This document shows, piece by piece, positions 19,057-29,907 of a stretch of 64,000 nt of DNA. Source of the DNA: an uncultured delta proteobacterium (GTDB lineage: Bacteria; Desulfobacterota; Desulfobaccia; Desulfobaccales; 0-14-0-80-60-11); the NCBI GenBank assembly GCA_963812015.1, contig CAWETI010000002.1:1280001-1344000 (forward strand), given 5' to 3'. Position numbers and translations under genes: made by a program. A model generated the notes under the pieces. It searched no databases. It worked only from the letters and a program-made list of their open reading frames with translations, and had not been told where the DNA came from. Numbering within the stretch: position 1 is the first letter of the stretch; the number at the start of each line of letters is the position of its first letter.

Positions 19057-21240
19057 ATGGTGGCCCAGGTCCTGATCCTCCGGGAGCTTCTGGTCCTGGC
19101 CCAGGGCCAAGAGCTGAAGCTGGCCCTGGGGTTATGGTGCTGGCTGCTGTGGGCCGGGTTGGGCAGCCTGGCGGGAGGCCGTCTGCATGGCCCCAAAGTG
19201 GAGCCGGGCCGTCTGGGCGGGTTGTTGGCGCTGCTGGGGCTGCTCCTGCCGGCTACCATCCTGGCGAGCCGGTCCCTGCCCAGTCTGGCGAACCTGCCCC
19301 TGGGCCAGTCATTGCCCCTGTCCACCTCCTTCCTGCTGTTTCTGACCCTACTGGCCCCCTTCGGGCTGGTTTCCGGCTACTTTTTCCCGGGCGCCGTCCA
19401 GGTCTTAAGGCCCGGGGCTCCCGAGAGGGCCGCCGGCCGAACCTACTGTCTGGAAAGCCTGGGAGCGGCCCTGGGGGTGGCGCTGCTCCAGCTTGTGCTG
19501 GTGGGCCGCTATGCCAACCTGAGCCTGGGCCTGGCCGTCGGCCTCTTGCTGGCCCTGGCGCCCTGGTTCCTGGCCCGTCCCCGCTCCGTGCCGGCTCGGG
19601 CCGCATTAACCTTGAATCTCCTGGTCCTGGCCGCGGCGATGATTTTTGCTCCCCGGTTGGACCTGGCCAGCCGGAGCTGGGAATGGCCCGGCCGGCAGGT
19701 AATCGCCACCGCGGACAGCCCCTACGCCCTCTTATCCGCCAGCCGGGAAGCGGAGCAAATCAGCTTTTTTGCCAATAACCTCTGGCAGTTCACCTATCCC
19801 GATCCCCTGACCGCCGAACACCAGGTCCAGTTGGGCCTGCTGGAACATCCCCAGCCCCGGCGGGTGCTCCTCCTGGGGGGCGGGGTGGCCGGTTTGGGGG
19901 CGGAGATTCTCAAGACCCGCACTATTACGCACCTGGATTACGTGGAACTGGACCCCTATCTGGTGCGGCTGGCCCAGGAACTCCTGCCCGCCGATACCGG
20001 GCTGGCGCGGCATCCCCGGGTCCGCCTCATTTACCAGGATGCCCGCCGGTATCTCGAGACCACCCCTAACCGCTATGACGTCATCCTCATGGCGCTACCG
20101 GAACCCCGCAACGCCCAGTTGAACCGCTTCTACACCCGGGAATTTTTCCGCACCGTGGCTGGGAAGCTGGCGCCCGGAGGGGTCTTCAGCTTTGCCCTGA
20201 CCGGGGCCGAGACCAGCCTGTCCCCCCTGCGGGCCGCTTATCTGGCCATGGCCTATAATACCCTGGGTCAGGTCTTCCCGGAGGTGGCGGCCTTCCCGGG
20301 CGGCCAGGTGCGGTTTTTCGCGTCCCCCGGCCCCGGCGTCCTCACCACCGATCCTGAGGTCCTGGTGCGGCGGCTTCAAGCCCGCGGGCTGCAGTTGCAG
20401 TATGTCCGGGAATATTATCTCCTCCAGGACCTCTCCCCCTGGCGCCGGCAGTATCTCAACCAGGTTCTGAGCCAGCCGCCCCCGGAGATCAATACCGATC
20501 TGAACCCCAGGTGCTACTTTTTCGACCTGGTGTTGAGCACCGTCCAGGAAGGGCTGGGGGTCAAGGAAGCCCTCCTCGCCTTCCAGAAACTGCCGCCGGC
20601 GCTCCCCTGGGCGGCCCTGGTTTTGGCTACCCTGCTGGCGGGGGTCGCCCTCCGCCGCCGCCCCGGTCTCACCTTCCTGTACCAGGTGGTGGTGATGGGG
20701 CTGGGCACCATGGCCCTGGAAATCCTGGTGCTCGTCCTGTACCAGATTAAACTGGGTTCCCTCTACCAGGAACTGGGGGTGCTCATCGCGGCCTTTATGG
20801 CCGGGATGGCGGCCGGCAGTGCAGCGGGCACCCATTGGGGCGGCCGCCTCCGGGGCGGGGCCCGGTTCCTGGCGGGGCTGCAAGGGGGGCTGGCGATTCT
20901 GGCTGGGGCACTGGCCCTGGGGTTGAAATGGGGCGTCTCGTGGCCGGCTTCCGGGTGGGAGTTCTCCACCCGGGCGGGATATGTTCTGGTCCTGGTGGTG
21001 GCGGGGTTTGGCGGCGGCGGCGTCTTTGCCCTCAGCGCCGCCCTCTGGCAGGCAATCCAGCCGGAAGCCCGGGGCCAGGGCGGAAAGCTTTACGCCGCGG
21101 ACCTTTTGGGCGCCACCCTGGGGACCCTGGGGGTCAGCCTGTTGGTCCTACCGGTGTGGGGTATCATACCGGCTCTCTGGTTGGTGACGTTTCTCCATGC
21201 CGGGGCCGCGGTGATGGCGCTCCTGGCTCCGAGATCCTGA
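19057..21240 (+). CDS. Membrane-fused spermidine-synthase-like methyltransferase (start may lie upstream)
   Basis: Multi-TM flanks; VLLLGGG, VELDP, DARRYL, YDVI, FYTREFF, LYAADLLGA. Confidence 0.85.
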   Translation: MVAQVLILRELLVLAQGQELKLALGLWCWLLWAGLGSLAGGRLHGPKVEPGRLGGLLALLGLLLPATILASRSLPSLANLPLGQSLPLSTSFLLFLTLLAPFGLVSGYFFPGAVQVLRPGAPERAAGRTYCLESLGAALGVALLQLVLVGRYANLSLGLAVGLLLALAPWFLARPRSVPARAALTLNLLVLAAAMIFAPRLDLASRSWEWPGRQVIATADSPYALLSASREAEQISFFANNLWQFTYPDPLTAEHQVQLGLLEHPQPRRVLLLGGGVAGLGAEILKTRTITHLDYVELDPYLVRLAQELLPADTGLARHPRVRLIYQDARRYLETTPNRYDVILMALPEPRNAQLNRFYTREFFRTVAGKLAPGGVFSFALTGAETSLSPLRAAYLAMAYNTLGQVFPEVAAFPGGQVRFFASPGPGVLTTDPEVLVRRLQARGLQLQYVREYYLLQDLSPWRRQYLNQVLSQPPPEINTDLNPRCYFFDLVLSTVQEGLGVKEALLAFQKLPPALPWAALVLATLLAGVALRRRPGLTFLYQVVVMGLGTMALEILVLVLYQIKLGSLYQELGVLIAAFMAGMAAGSAAGTHWGGRLRGGARFLAGLQGGLAILAGALALGLKWGVSWPASGWEFSTRAGYVLVLVVAGFGGGGVFALSAALWQAIQPEARGQGGKLYAADLLGATLGTLGVSLLVLPVWGIIPALWLVTFLHAGAAVMALLAPRS

Positions 21241-21582
21241 ATGGTCCTCCGGTGGCGCCCAGGGGACAAGGCAACCGTAACTATCTTAATGAACAGATAA
21301 TTTTTCTGACATCGCCCTTTCTTCCTGCCCTGGCCGGCAACGTCTTGTCCCCTGACTTAAAAAACTTCATTGAGATTATAGTTTATAGGTATTTTTCGCG
21401 ATTGTGCTTCTTGAAAAAAATGATTAAACTAAAACTGAATGATGGTGAAGGTGGAAAGGTAGGTTCCTTTGCATCGAACCTGGCTCTTCCCCGGAGGCTG
21501 AGACCAAGGCCCCGGGCCGGTAATTGTCCATGCGCTAAAGGCCGATCGGGGGGTCACGCGGGGGATTCGGGAGACAGGCACG

Positions 21583-21738
21583 ATGGCCATGATCGCCTTT
21601 TATGCCGGTTTATTCATTGGTATTCTGTTGGGATTCTTACTCTCCTCTCTTTTGCCCTTTTCCCTGGCCGGAAGTGAGCCCGGGGAGCTGCCCGGCGAAG
21701 CCGAGGGGTATTCCCAGGCAGACCCCCTGGAGCCTTAA
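21583..21738 (+). CDS. 51-aa single-TM small protein (not in ORF track)
   Basis: MAMIAFYAGLFIGILLGFLLSSLLPFSLAGSEPGELPGEAEGYSQADPLEP; GGGAG RBS upstream. Confidence 0.55.
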   Translation: MAMIAFYAGLFIGILLGFLLSSLLPFSLAGSEPGELPGEAEGYSQADPLEP

Positions 21739-22033
21739 ACCGGGGTGACCGCCATTCTCAGGTCTTCTCACCTTTCAATTTTCGGCGCGGGGATGGCGGT
21801 CCCCGGAGCTTAAAGCACCTATCCAGAGAATAGCTGCTCCCATCAATTTTCCTTGTGGCCCCTGCCATCGGGTTCCGGTGATCGAGGCTGATTCGCCATT
21901 TCCCTGACAAAAAAAGGTTTTTCCCCCATGGAAATTAGGGTTTTAGGGGATAGGTTTTTTTTGCGCGATGTACTATCTAAAGCATTGAAGACCGTACCGC
22001 ATTCAAGGAAAAAGGCATTCCAGGAGGGACACC

Positions 22034-22330
22034 ATGGGAACAATGATTTTTGGGGCGGGGACCCTGTTTGGCGTATTCCTGGGAGTAGTGTTTATTTCTC
22101 TGTTGGGTATGGCCCAAAAGGCTGACAAGGTCTATGACTGGCTGGATCCTGGCGAGGCCAAGGCCACTCCGGAGGATACTTACTATTTCCTCCCATCAGC
22201 AACCAGTTTGCCGACCGGCCGGGGAGAAGGCTGGCCGCCAAAAGATCCGGATGGGTTGCAGCCCGGGAAAGGGAGGATAAATCATGCCGGCATGCCCCGG
22301 CTGCGGGTTCTCCGGGGGGCGGACCTTTAG
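22034..22330 (+). CDS. Small N-terminal-TM protein
   Basis: CAGGAGG RBS; GTLFGVFLGVVFISLL TM segment. Confidence 0.6.
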   Translation: MGTMIFGAGTLFGVFLGVVFISLLGMAQKADKVYDWLDPGEAKATPEDTYYFLPSATSLPTGRGEGWPPKDPDGLQPGKGRINHAGMPRLRVLRGADL

Positions 22331-22584
22331 GGGACCAGCCGGGGGAAATAGTCCCGGCCTGCTTGTCTTCCGGCTAGATGGACTGCGGTAAAAATATCTT
22401 CCAACCTGGTCTGATGGGGATCAAAACGCATCGTAAACAGGTCCTCCTGGGAGTCATAGGCCACTGACACGTTGCCGGGGAGGGTGGTAATGGCGGCGCA
22501 CACGGCGTCAGGACAGCCGCTTCACACGAACCCGCCTTGCTGCACCATGCCAGCCACCCGGAATTTGAGGTTACTGAGATTCAT
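22327..22584 (-). CDS. HMA-like metal-binding protein with in-frame UGA (probable selenocysteine, UxxC)
   Basis: AGGTGGAGG RBS; MNLSNLKFRVAGMVQQGGFV-U-SGCPDAVCAAITTLPGNVSVAYD...RFDP...; TGA at 22522-22524; the frame stays open 64 codons to TAA. Confidence 0.75.
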
Positions 22585-23003
22585 GGGGAGCCCTCCACCT
22601 GTCTGGTCCTCCCAGCGCCCCAGGCGTTAAGTCGGGCCGACAAGTTTCTCTCAATAGTACTACATAGTCTCCCATCGAGCATCACCCTTCCGCAATTCAG
22701 CCACGTTGAACCCGCCGGCGACTCCGGTAGGTTTCGGACCGCCCTTGCGGACGGGAAAACCGTGACTATCCTTTACCCAGAAGGAGATACCGGGGCTGCA
22801 TCTCGGGAGAATAAGCCGCGATTCTTGCGAGTCCCGGCGCCCACAGAAAGAAGTGCGCCTGTCCTGCTGCCCAGGGGCCTGAACTCATCAGGCTCATTGA
22901 CAATCCTCTCCGGGTGTGGCATGAAAACTGGGCGGCAGCGGTAAAGCGTGATGGATGGTAACGCTCTTCCAGCCAGCCCCGGAGGGAATCGTCAGGAGAA
23001 AGC

Positions 23004-23372
23004 ATGATGCGCCTAATCTTCGGGCTGGGGTTGGCCGGGATGCTGGTTCTGAGCGGCTGTGCCAATCCAGGGCTGAGAAATGATCGCCCGGCAGGACAAC
23101 CGCAGGCGGAACGGGTGGCCTCCCCGGCCGCCAGGGAGCTGCGGGTGGGATTGACCACCCAGGAGGTCCGGGCCATGCTGGGTGAGCCCGATGACCTGAT
23201 GATCTACTCCGGGGAGGGGGCCCCGGAGCGCTGGAAATATTATCATTGCCCTGACTGCGTGCCGCAACTGGACCCCAGCACTCCCACCACCGAACTGGTG
23301 TTTGTGGGTGGGCGCCTGCAAAAATGGGTGAAGGAAAAGAAACCTCCCAAGGAGGCTGCCGAACCTCAGTAA
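23004..23372 (+). CDS. Lipoprotein with SmpA/BamE-like domain
   Basis: LSGC lipobox; LRVGLTTQEVRAMLGEP..ERWKY. Confidence 0.75.
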   Translation: MMRLIFGLGLAGMLVLSGCANPGLRNDRPAGQPQAERVASPAARELRVGLTTQEVRAMLGEPDDLMIYSGEGAPERWKYYHCPDCVPQLDPSTPTTELVFVGGRLQKWVKEKKPPKEAAEPQ

Positions 23373-23626
23373 AGGGTAAGCCACATGCTCTCCGGCGCCA
23401 GGCGGAGGTGTGGCCGGCGAGGCTGGTTGGACAATTAATACCGGGCATGATCGTGAACTGGGGAAGGGTGTCGGGGAATTCCGGTGGCGCACTTTCCCCG
23501 GCGTGCATTTTTTTCTTTACCTCAGACGGGATTTTATTTATTATTTTAGATAAATAAGCTTATCGGCGATCGAGTTGCCCGACCCGCACAGAGGGTTAGG
23601 CGCGCGCCATCAAGGAGTGGAGCGGG

Positions 23627-23902
23627 ATGAACAAGTCGCAACTCATCGAAGCTCTGGCCAAAGCTGAGAATATAACCTTGAAAAAGGCGGAAATGGTGGT
23701 CAACGCCGTTTTTGAGAACATGGCGGATGCTCTGGTGCAGAAAGAACGCATCGAAATTCGCGGTTTTGGCAGTTTCAAGGTAAAATTCTACAACGGCTAT
23801 AAAGGCCGCAACCCCAAGACCGGCGATCTCATCAAGGTAGATGGCAAGAAATTGCCCTTTTTCAAGGTGGGAAAAGAACTGCGGGAACGCGTCGATCGCT
23901 GA
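23627..23902 (+). CDS. ihfB: HU/IHF family DNA-binding protein (IHF-beta-like)
   Basis: MNKSQLI..RIEIRGFGSF..GRNPKTG..PFFKVGKELRERV. Confidence 0.85.
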   Translation: MNKSQLIEALAKAENITLKKAEMVVNAVFENMADALVQKERIEIRGFGSFKVKFYNGYKGRNPKTGDLIKVDGKKLPFFKVGKELRERVDR

Positions 23903-23917
23903 GCCGTTTTTTTGAGA

Positions 23918-24190
23918 CCTGGCCGTGCTAGATGGGGAGCTAGCGGTGCCCTGTAACCCGAAAACCGCTTATGCGGGATTGAATTCCCTCTTTGAGGATT
24001 GCAGCGCTGCCGTTGACTGCTGACCAGGGCGGCGGATTGGACCCTGCGCAACAGACGCTTGTGAACCCCGTCAGGTCCGGAAGGAAGCAGCGGTAAACAA
24101 GGCGGTTTGTGTCGCGGTGGCTGCTAATCCATAAACCCCCTGGCAGAGGTCCTCGGTTGTGGCGGATTCGAGGGAGGGTGTACGGCCAGG
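23918..24190 (+). ncRNA. ffs: Signal recognition particle RNA, large (Alu-domain) form
   Basis: Helix 8 core TCAGGTCCGGAAGGAAGCAGC (24071-24091); 5' GCCGTGCTAGATGGGGAGCTAGCGGTGCCCTGT resembles Bacillus scRNA; ends pair (CCTGGCCGTGC/GTACGGCCAGG). Confidence 0.92.
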
Positions 24191-24383
24191 CTGTTTTTCT
24201 CCGCGGTATTTCCGGGTATTTTCCTCAAAAACTCCTCGAGTTCCTGACTTCCAGGGGCCTGCCCGACGTCGATCCCCCAAAGGGCCGCTTTCGGGCCCGG
24301 GGCCGGATCACCCACCCTCCCAGGCGTAAAGGCATGCGGCTGGCCGGGAAGTCCCTCGCCCCCGCCTGCCACCCGGAGTTAAG

Positions 24384-24980
24384 ATGGCAAACCTTTCGGT
24401 AATTCTGGCTCATCCCCGGCACGGCAGCTTTAATCACGCCATCGCGGCCACGGCGGTGCAGACTTTGGAGACCCAGGGGCATGAGGTGTGGTTCCATGAC
24501 CTCTACATGGAAAACTTCGACCCCGTGCTGCTCTCACCCGAACTCGAGGGGGAGGCCTATCTGCACCCGGACCTTTCCCAGCACTGCCGGGAGATCGCCC
24601 AGGCCCAAGGCATCGTCATCGTCCATCCCAACTGGTGGGGGCAACCGCCGGCCATCTTAAAGGGCTGGGTGGATCGGGTGCTCCGGCCGGAGGTGGCCTA
24701 CCGGTTTTTGGAGGGGGATAACGGCGACGGCGTCCCGGTGGGGTTGCTCCAGGCCAAGGCCGCAATGGTGTTCACCACCTCCAACACTCCCCGGGAGCGG
24801 GAACTGGCAGTCTTTGGCGACCCTCTGGAAACCCTCTGGAAAAACTGCATCTTTGGGTTGTGCGGCGTGCCGCTCTTTTTCCGGAAAAATTTCGCGGTGA
24901 TGGTGACCAGCACCCCCGCTCAGCGGCAGGCCTGGCTGGAGGAAGTCCGGGAGACGCTGTGCATCTTCACCCCGGCCTGA
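24384..24980 (+). CDS. NAD(P)H-dependent oxidoreductase (Flavodoxin_2/MdaB-like)
   Basis: AHP..SFNHA, DLY..FDP, PNWWGQPPAILKGWVDRV. Confidence 0.9.
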   Translation: MANLSVILAHPRHGSFNHAIAATAVQTLETQGHEVWFHDLYMENFDPVLLSPELEGEAYLHPDLSQHCREIAQAQGIVIVHPNWWGQPPAILKGWVDRVLRPEVAYRFLEGDNGDGVPVGLLQAKAAMVFTTSNTPRERELAVFGDPLETLWKNCIFGLCGVPLFFRKNFAVMVTSTPAQRQAWLEEVRETLCIFTPA

Positions 24981-25245
24981 TCTTAGCGTGCCCCTGCGGG
25001 TCGGGGGCCGGTCTTCCCGGGACCAAGGGTTTGCCGGGGATCTCTGGGGCCTTACGATACCGGTAGGGTCTCACATGGCTATGGTAACCCTATCAAATAT
25101 CCTTCATTTGGTTTTAAACCCCGAATAAATAGCGCCACCCCGAATAAATAAAACATATATCCCGGAAATTCAAGATACCTTGCCAAACGGAAAAGAAGGG
25201 AGCAGGGACATCGGCAACAGGCTCCCCAGGCCGCGGCTAGCATAG

Positions 25246-25857
25246 TTAAAGCTTCAGAATGGGCAGCAGGTCCAGGTGGGTGTTAAGGTGGTAGCGGGCT
25301 TGCAGTCCCGGGTTTTTGTAAGCTGCGAAGGGGACCCCGGCGGCCGCGGCCACTTCCTGGTCCAGGGCCGCGTCGCCGATGTACAGGGCCTCTTCCGGCT
25401 TTAGGCGGAAGTGGCTGAGAATGGTGGCGAGGCACTCCGGGTGGGGTTTGGGCCGGGTGACGTCATAGGCCGAAATGGTCAGGTCGAAGAGGTCTGCCAG
25501 GCCCAGATTCCGGAGCACCAGGGGCAGGCTTTTGCCCCGGTTGGTGGCGATGGCGGTCAGGTAACGGGACCGAAGCCGGATGAGCACCTCCCGGATGTGA
25601 GGTTCCAGCCGGATGAGGAGGAGAAACGGGTCGTTGTTGATGGTCCGCTGATACGCCTGGGCCTCGTCCCGGCCGGGGTGGCCCTGGAAAAGAAAGTCGA
25701 TGGCCCCCTGGGCAGTGCTGACGTGGACCACCTCCAACTGCGCCTGGGTCAGGGTCGGCAACCCGAAGCGGCCCAGGATGTGATTGTAGAAGGCCTGGTT
25801 GGATTCCCGGGAATCGATCAGGACCCCGTCGCAGTCGTAAATGATCACCTGCAACAC
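25246..25857 (-). CDS. HAD-family hydrolase (phosphoglycolate phosphatase-like)
   Basis: DCDGVLIDS, ATNR, KPHP, YIGD. Confidence 0.9.
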   Translation of the reverse strand: MLQVIIYDCDGVLIDSRESNQAFYNHILGRFGLPTLTQAQLEVVHVSTAQGAIDFLFQGHPGRDEAQAYQRTINNDPFLLLIRLEPHIREVLIRLRSRYLTAIATNRGKSLPLVLRNLGLADLFDLTISAYDVTRPKPHPECLATILSHFRLKPEEALYIGDAALDQEVAAAAGVPFAAYKNPGLQARYHLNTHLDLLPILKL

Positions 25858-25926
25858 AGTGCAATCCCTAACTTAACTAGTGGTGTGTTTCATAATTAAG
25901 GTGACACGGGAAAAGCAGGTTTTTTA

Positions 25927-26005
25927 CCCCCCTTTCCTAAAGGGGGGCAGGGGGATTTTTTAAGAGCTTGAAATCCCCCTAACTCCCCCTTTTTCAAAGG
26001 GGGAC
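25927..26005. repeat. CCCCCTTT..AAAGGGGG REP doublet (same family at 29908-30000)
   Basis: Two inverted hairpin units with AAATCCCCCT tails. Confidence 0.8.
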
Positions 26006-26112
26006 TTAACCTGGCAAGTCCGGTGCTCCATGCCTGCTTTTATGTCCATCTATACTCATTGTCAAAAGTTTTTTCTTATTCACCCCTCACCCTGACCCTT
26101 GTATGTTAAAGG

Positions 26113-27269
<1,157 letters not shown>

Positions 27270-27441
27270 CATCTAACACAGTCGCTCTCCCCCATTGGGG
27301 GAGAGGGGAATAAAAGGAAAGAACTTTTGGCAATCGCTATAATTATGAAACGCTTCACTATCTATCAGCAGTCAGCTTTCAGCAAAACCTTTGGATTGGC
27401 GCCGGCGTCTCAGGTGGAGTGCGCCCCGGGCGCCTTTCCTT

Positions 27442-28371
27442 CTACTCAATATAACCCATAACATCCAACTGGTGGGCCACGTAGATCAATTCCCGGGCGT
27501 CGATCTGGCGGTGGCGTTGCGCGATCCAGGCCTGAAAGCGGCCGCTATCCAGTTCAGGGTGGCCATGCAGGGCCCGGCCGATGGTGTCGATGATGAAATG
27601 GAGAAAGTAGGCCTCATCGCCGGGATAGCCCGCCGGGCCGGGGAAGACCACCCAGTCGGAGCTGCCCGCCGCGGCCACCCGGGCGCCCGCCTTCTGAAGG
27701 CGCCGGAAGAGCCGGCGCCCGGTGACGCTGCTGCCGGAGAGCCGGCCCTGGCAAAGACGCGTGTCCATGGTGCGGTGATACAGGGCTTCGATGCAATGAT
27801 CCAGGTTCGGGTCGATGGGAGGCTCAAGAATGGTGCCCCCGTCGAAATTCAGGGTGAAATAGAAGAGGCCGCGGTCAGCCGCCAGGGACAACAGCCGGGG
27901 CAGGGTGGTGGCCAGGTCGAGGAGGTCCAGGACGGCATGGGCGACGAGAAGGTCCCAGGTCGATTTTCTCCCTTCCCGGTCCATAAAATCGAAGAGGTCG
28001 GCGGCTTTCAGGGTCACCCGAACCTCGGCGCCGGGGGGCCTCAAGACCATGGCCCCGTCCGCGTCCTCGAACAGGCTGGCGTGGTGCGCCGCCGCATACC
28101 GGCGGCAGCGCTGCCGGGCCGCCCGGATGAACTCCGTTTCGACATCGATGCCGGTGTACGCCCCCCGGGTGAGCACGCCCCAATCCAGCAGGCGCTCCAG
28201 CATGGTGCCGATGCCGCAGCCCACTTCCAGGACCCTGAGGGGGGCGGAGTTCGGCCGGTCCCGCACCGCCTGCACCAGGGTGTCCCACACCTGCCGGTTC
28301 AGGGAGCGGTCATCCAGGGGCTGTTTGGCGGCGAGATAGCGGATAAAGTCGGGAGCAGGCGGGCCGGTCAC
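27442..28371 (-). CDS. Class I SAM-dependent methyltransferase
   Basis: RVLEVGCGIGTM; YLAAK..LDDRSLN; SDWVVFP. Confidence 0.85.
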   Translation of the reverse strand: MTGPPAPDFIRYLAAKQPLDDRSLNRQVWDTLVQAVRDRPNSAPLRVLEVGCGIGTMLERLLDWGVLTRGAYTGIDVETEFIRAARQRCRRYAAAHHASLFEDADGAMVLRPPGAEVRVTLKAADLFDFMDREGRKSTWDLLVAHAVLDLLDLATTLPRLLSLAADRGLFYFTLNFDGGTILEPPIDPNLDHCIEALYHRTMDTRLCQGRLSGSSVTGRRLFRRLQKAGARVAAAGSSDWVVFPGPAGYPGDEAYFLHFIIDTIGRALHGHPELDSGRFQAWIAQRHRQIDARELIYVAHQLDVMGYIE

Positions 28372-28373
28372 GG

Positions 28374-29453
28374 TTACCCCAGGAAACTTTTCAGGAAGGC
28401 CCGCCCCAGGGCGGCGGTTTCCTCCCAGGTGGGATGGGCCGCGGCGGCGTGATGCGCCGACAGGCTCAGGCGCTTCAGAAGCTCCCGGTCCTGCATCAGG
28501 AGGTTGAGATGGTGGGCCAGGGCGGCGGCATCCCCCGGCGGCACCAGAAAGCCGTTGTGGTCATGGTGGATGAGTTCCCGGGCGGCGCCGGCGGTTCCGG
28601 CGATGGCGGGCAGGCCGAAATGCATGCCCTCCAGATAGACGATGCCGAAGCCTTCGTAGGAGGAGGGCACCGCCAGGAGGTGGCTGGCAGCGCACCGGGC
28701 CGCCAGTTCCTGGGCGGGGAGGGCGCCCAGCAGGGATACCCCGGGGGTCAGGCCCGCATCCTGAATCTGGCGGCGGATAGTCTTGACATACGCGATATCC
28801 ATGTCCAGGCTGCCGGCCACCGTCAGCCGCCAACCGTCCCGGGGAAGGTTTGTAAGGGCCGTGAGCAGGGTGTGCAACTCTTTACGGGGGATCAGGTTGC
28901 CCACAAACAGGATGTGCAAAGGCCCGGGGGCGGTGGCCCGGGCCTTAATCTCGGCCCGGGTGATGGAGCCGGGCAGGCCGTTGCGGCCGGGAGACGCCAC
29001 CACCAGGGGCTGCTCCCGCCCCACCAAATCCTCCACGTCCTGCTTGGTGGTCCGGCTGACACAGATAAAACCGTCCACCGAGGCCAGGTAGCGTTTTTCC
29101 ACCCGGCGGTATAGTCGGGTGGGCCAGGCCGAATGGGTCTCCCGGCAGCGGAGATGGTGCACGATGGCGACCAGGGGGGTGGGAATCCGGGGATGGAGGC
29201 GCTGGTTGAGCCAGAAGCAGGAAGGGTGCACCAGTTCATCTTGGAGGAGGACATCAAAGGCGGCCTGCTCAAGTCGGCGGCGGAGCCCGGCGTTCAGGTT
29301 ATCCAGCAGGCTCACGCCATAGTGACGCCAGGGGAGACTGATGACTTCCACTCGGTCGCCCTGCTCCCTGAGATACCGGACCAGGTGGCGGTCATAGATG
29401 AAGCCCCCGGAAATGGTGTCCAGGCGGCCATAAATGAGCAGGCCTACCCGCAC
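28374..29453 (-). CDS. Glycosyltransferase family 4
   Basis: SGGFIYDR, VGNLIPRK, EGFGIVYLEGM. Confidence 0.9.
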   Translation of the reverse strand: MRVGLLIYGRLDTISGGFIYDRHLVRYLREQGDRVEVISLPWRHYGVSLLDNLNAGLRRRLEQAAFDVLLQDELVHPSCFWLNQRLHPRIPTPLVAIVHHLRCRETHSAWPTRLYRRVEKRYLASVDGFICVSRTTKQDVEDLVGREQPLVVASPGRNGLPGSITRAEIKARATAPGPLHILFVGNLIPRKELHTLLTALTNLPRDGWRLTVAGSLDMDIAYVKTIRRQIQDAGLTPGVSLLGALPAQELAARCAASHLLAVPSSYEGFGIVYLEGMHFGLPAIAGTAGAARELIHHDHNGFLVPPGDAAALAHHLNLLMQDRELLKRLSLSAHHAAAAHPTWEETAALGRAFLKSFLG

Positions 29454-29833
29454 TAACGTGCCTCGCGGTAGGCCGCCCAGGCGATTTCATTTTCCCAGAT
29501 TTTGACCGTCACCGCGCTGAGAGGCTCCTGGATGCGGCTCAAAAGCTGCTGGCCAAGGAGGCGGGCAAAGTTCTCGATGCTGGGGTTGAGCCCGACGAAT
29601 TCGGGGAGGTCGTTCAGGGTCTGGTCCCGGTAATAAGCCACCAGTTCCTCAAGGTGGGCTTCCACGGCCACGATGTCCACCAGGTAGCCGTGTTTATCCA
29701 GAATTTTCCCTTCCAACTGAACTTCCACCTGGTAGTGGTGGGAATGGAGTTCATTTTCAGCGCCCCAATCGCCGCCGAAGAGGTAATGCCGCGCCACGAA
29801 GTCTCGCTTCACCGCCAGGGTGTAGTTGTGCAT
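29453..29833 (-). CDS. PTPS/QueD-fold (COG0720) protein, non-canonical subgroup
   Basis: F.A.H...ENELHSHHY..GYLVD..LND...NPSIE..WE; no QueD catalytic Cys before HxH. Confidence 0.85.
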   Translation of the reverse strand: MHNYTLAVKRDFVARHYLFGGDWGAENELHSHHYQVEVQLEGKILDKHGYLVDIVAVEAHLEELVAYYRDQTLNDLPEFVGLNPSIENFARLLGQQLLSRIQEPLSAVTVKIWENEIAWAAYREAR

Positions 29834-29907
29834 GAGGTGCTCCTTGGTTAAAAACAAGTTATTAACGGAAGCGAAAAATAGGTTACCTCATAAACCGAAA
29901 GCCAGAA

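Noticed and set aside
21440..21580. Riboswitch in the leader of the 21583 ORF (GCTGAGA and GAACCTG seen)
   Set aside because: The TPP-like elements are in the wrong order and no other aptamer consensus fits
29453..29833. Canonical queD for queuosine synthesis
   Set aside because: Lacks the Cys-x3-HGH motif and there are no queC/queE neighbours
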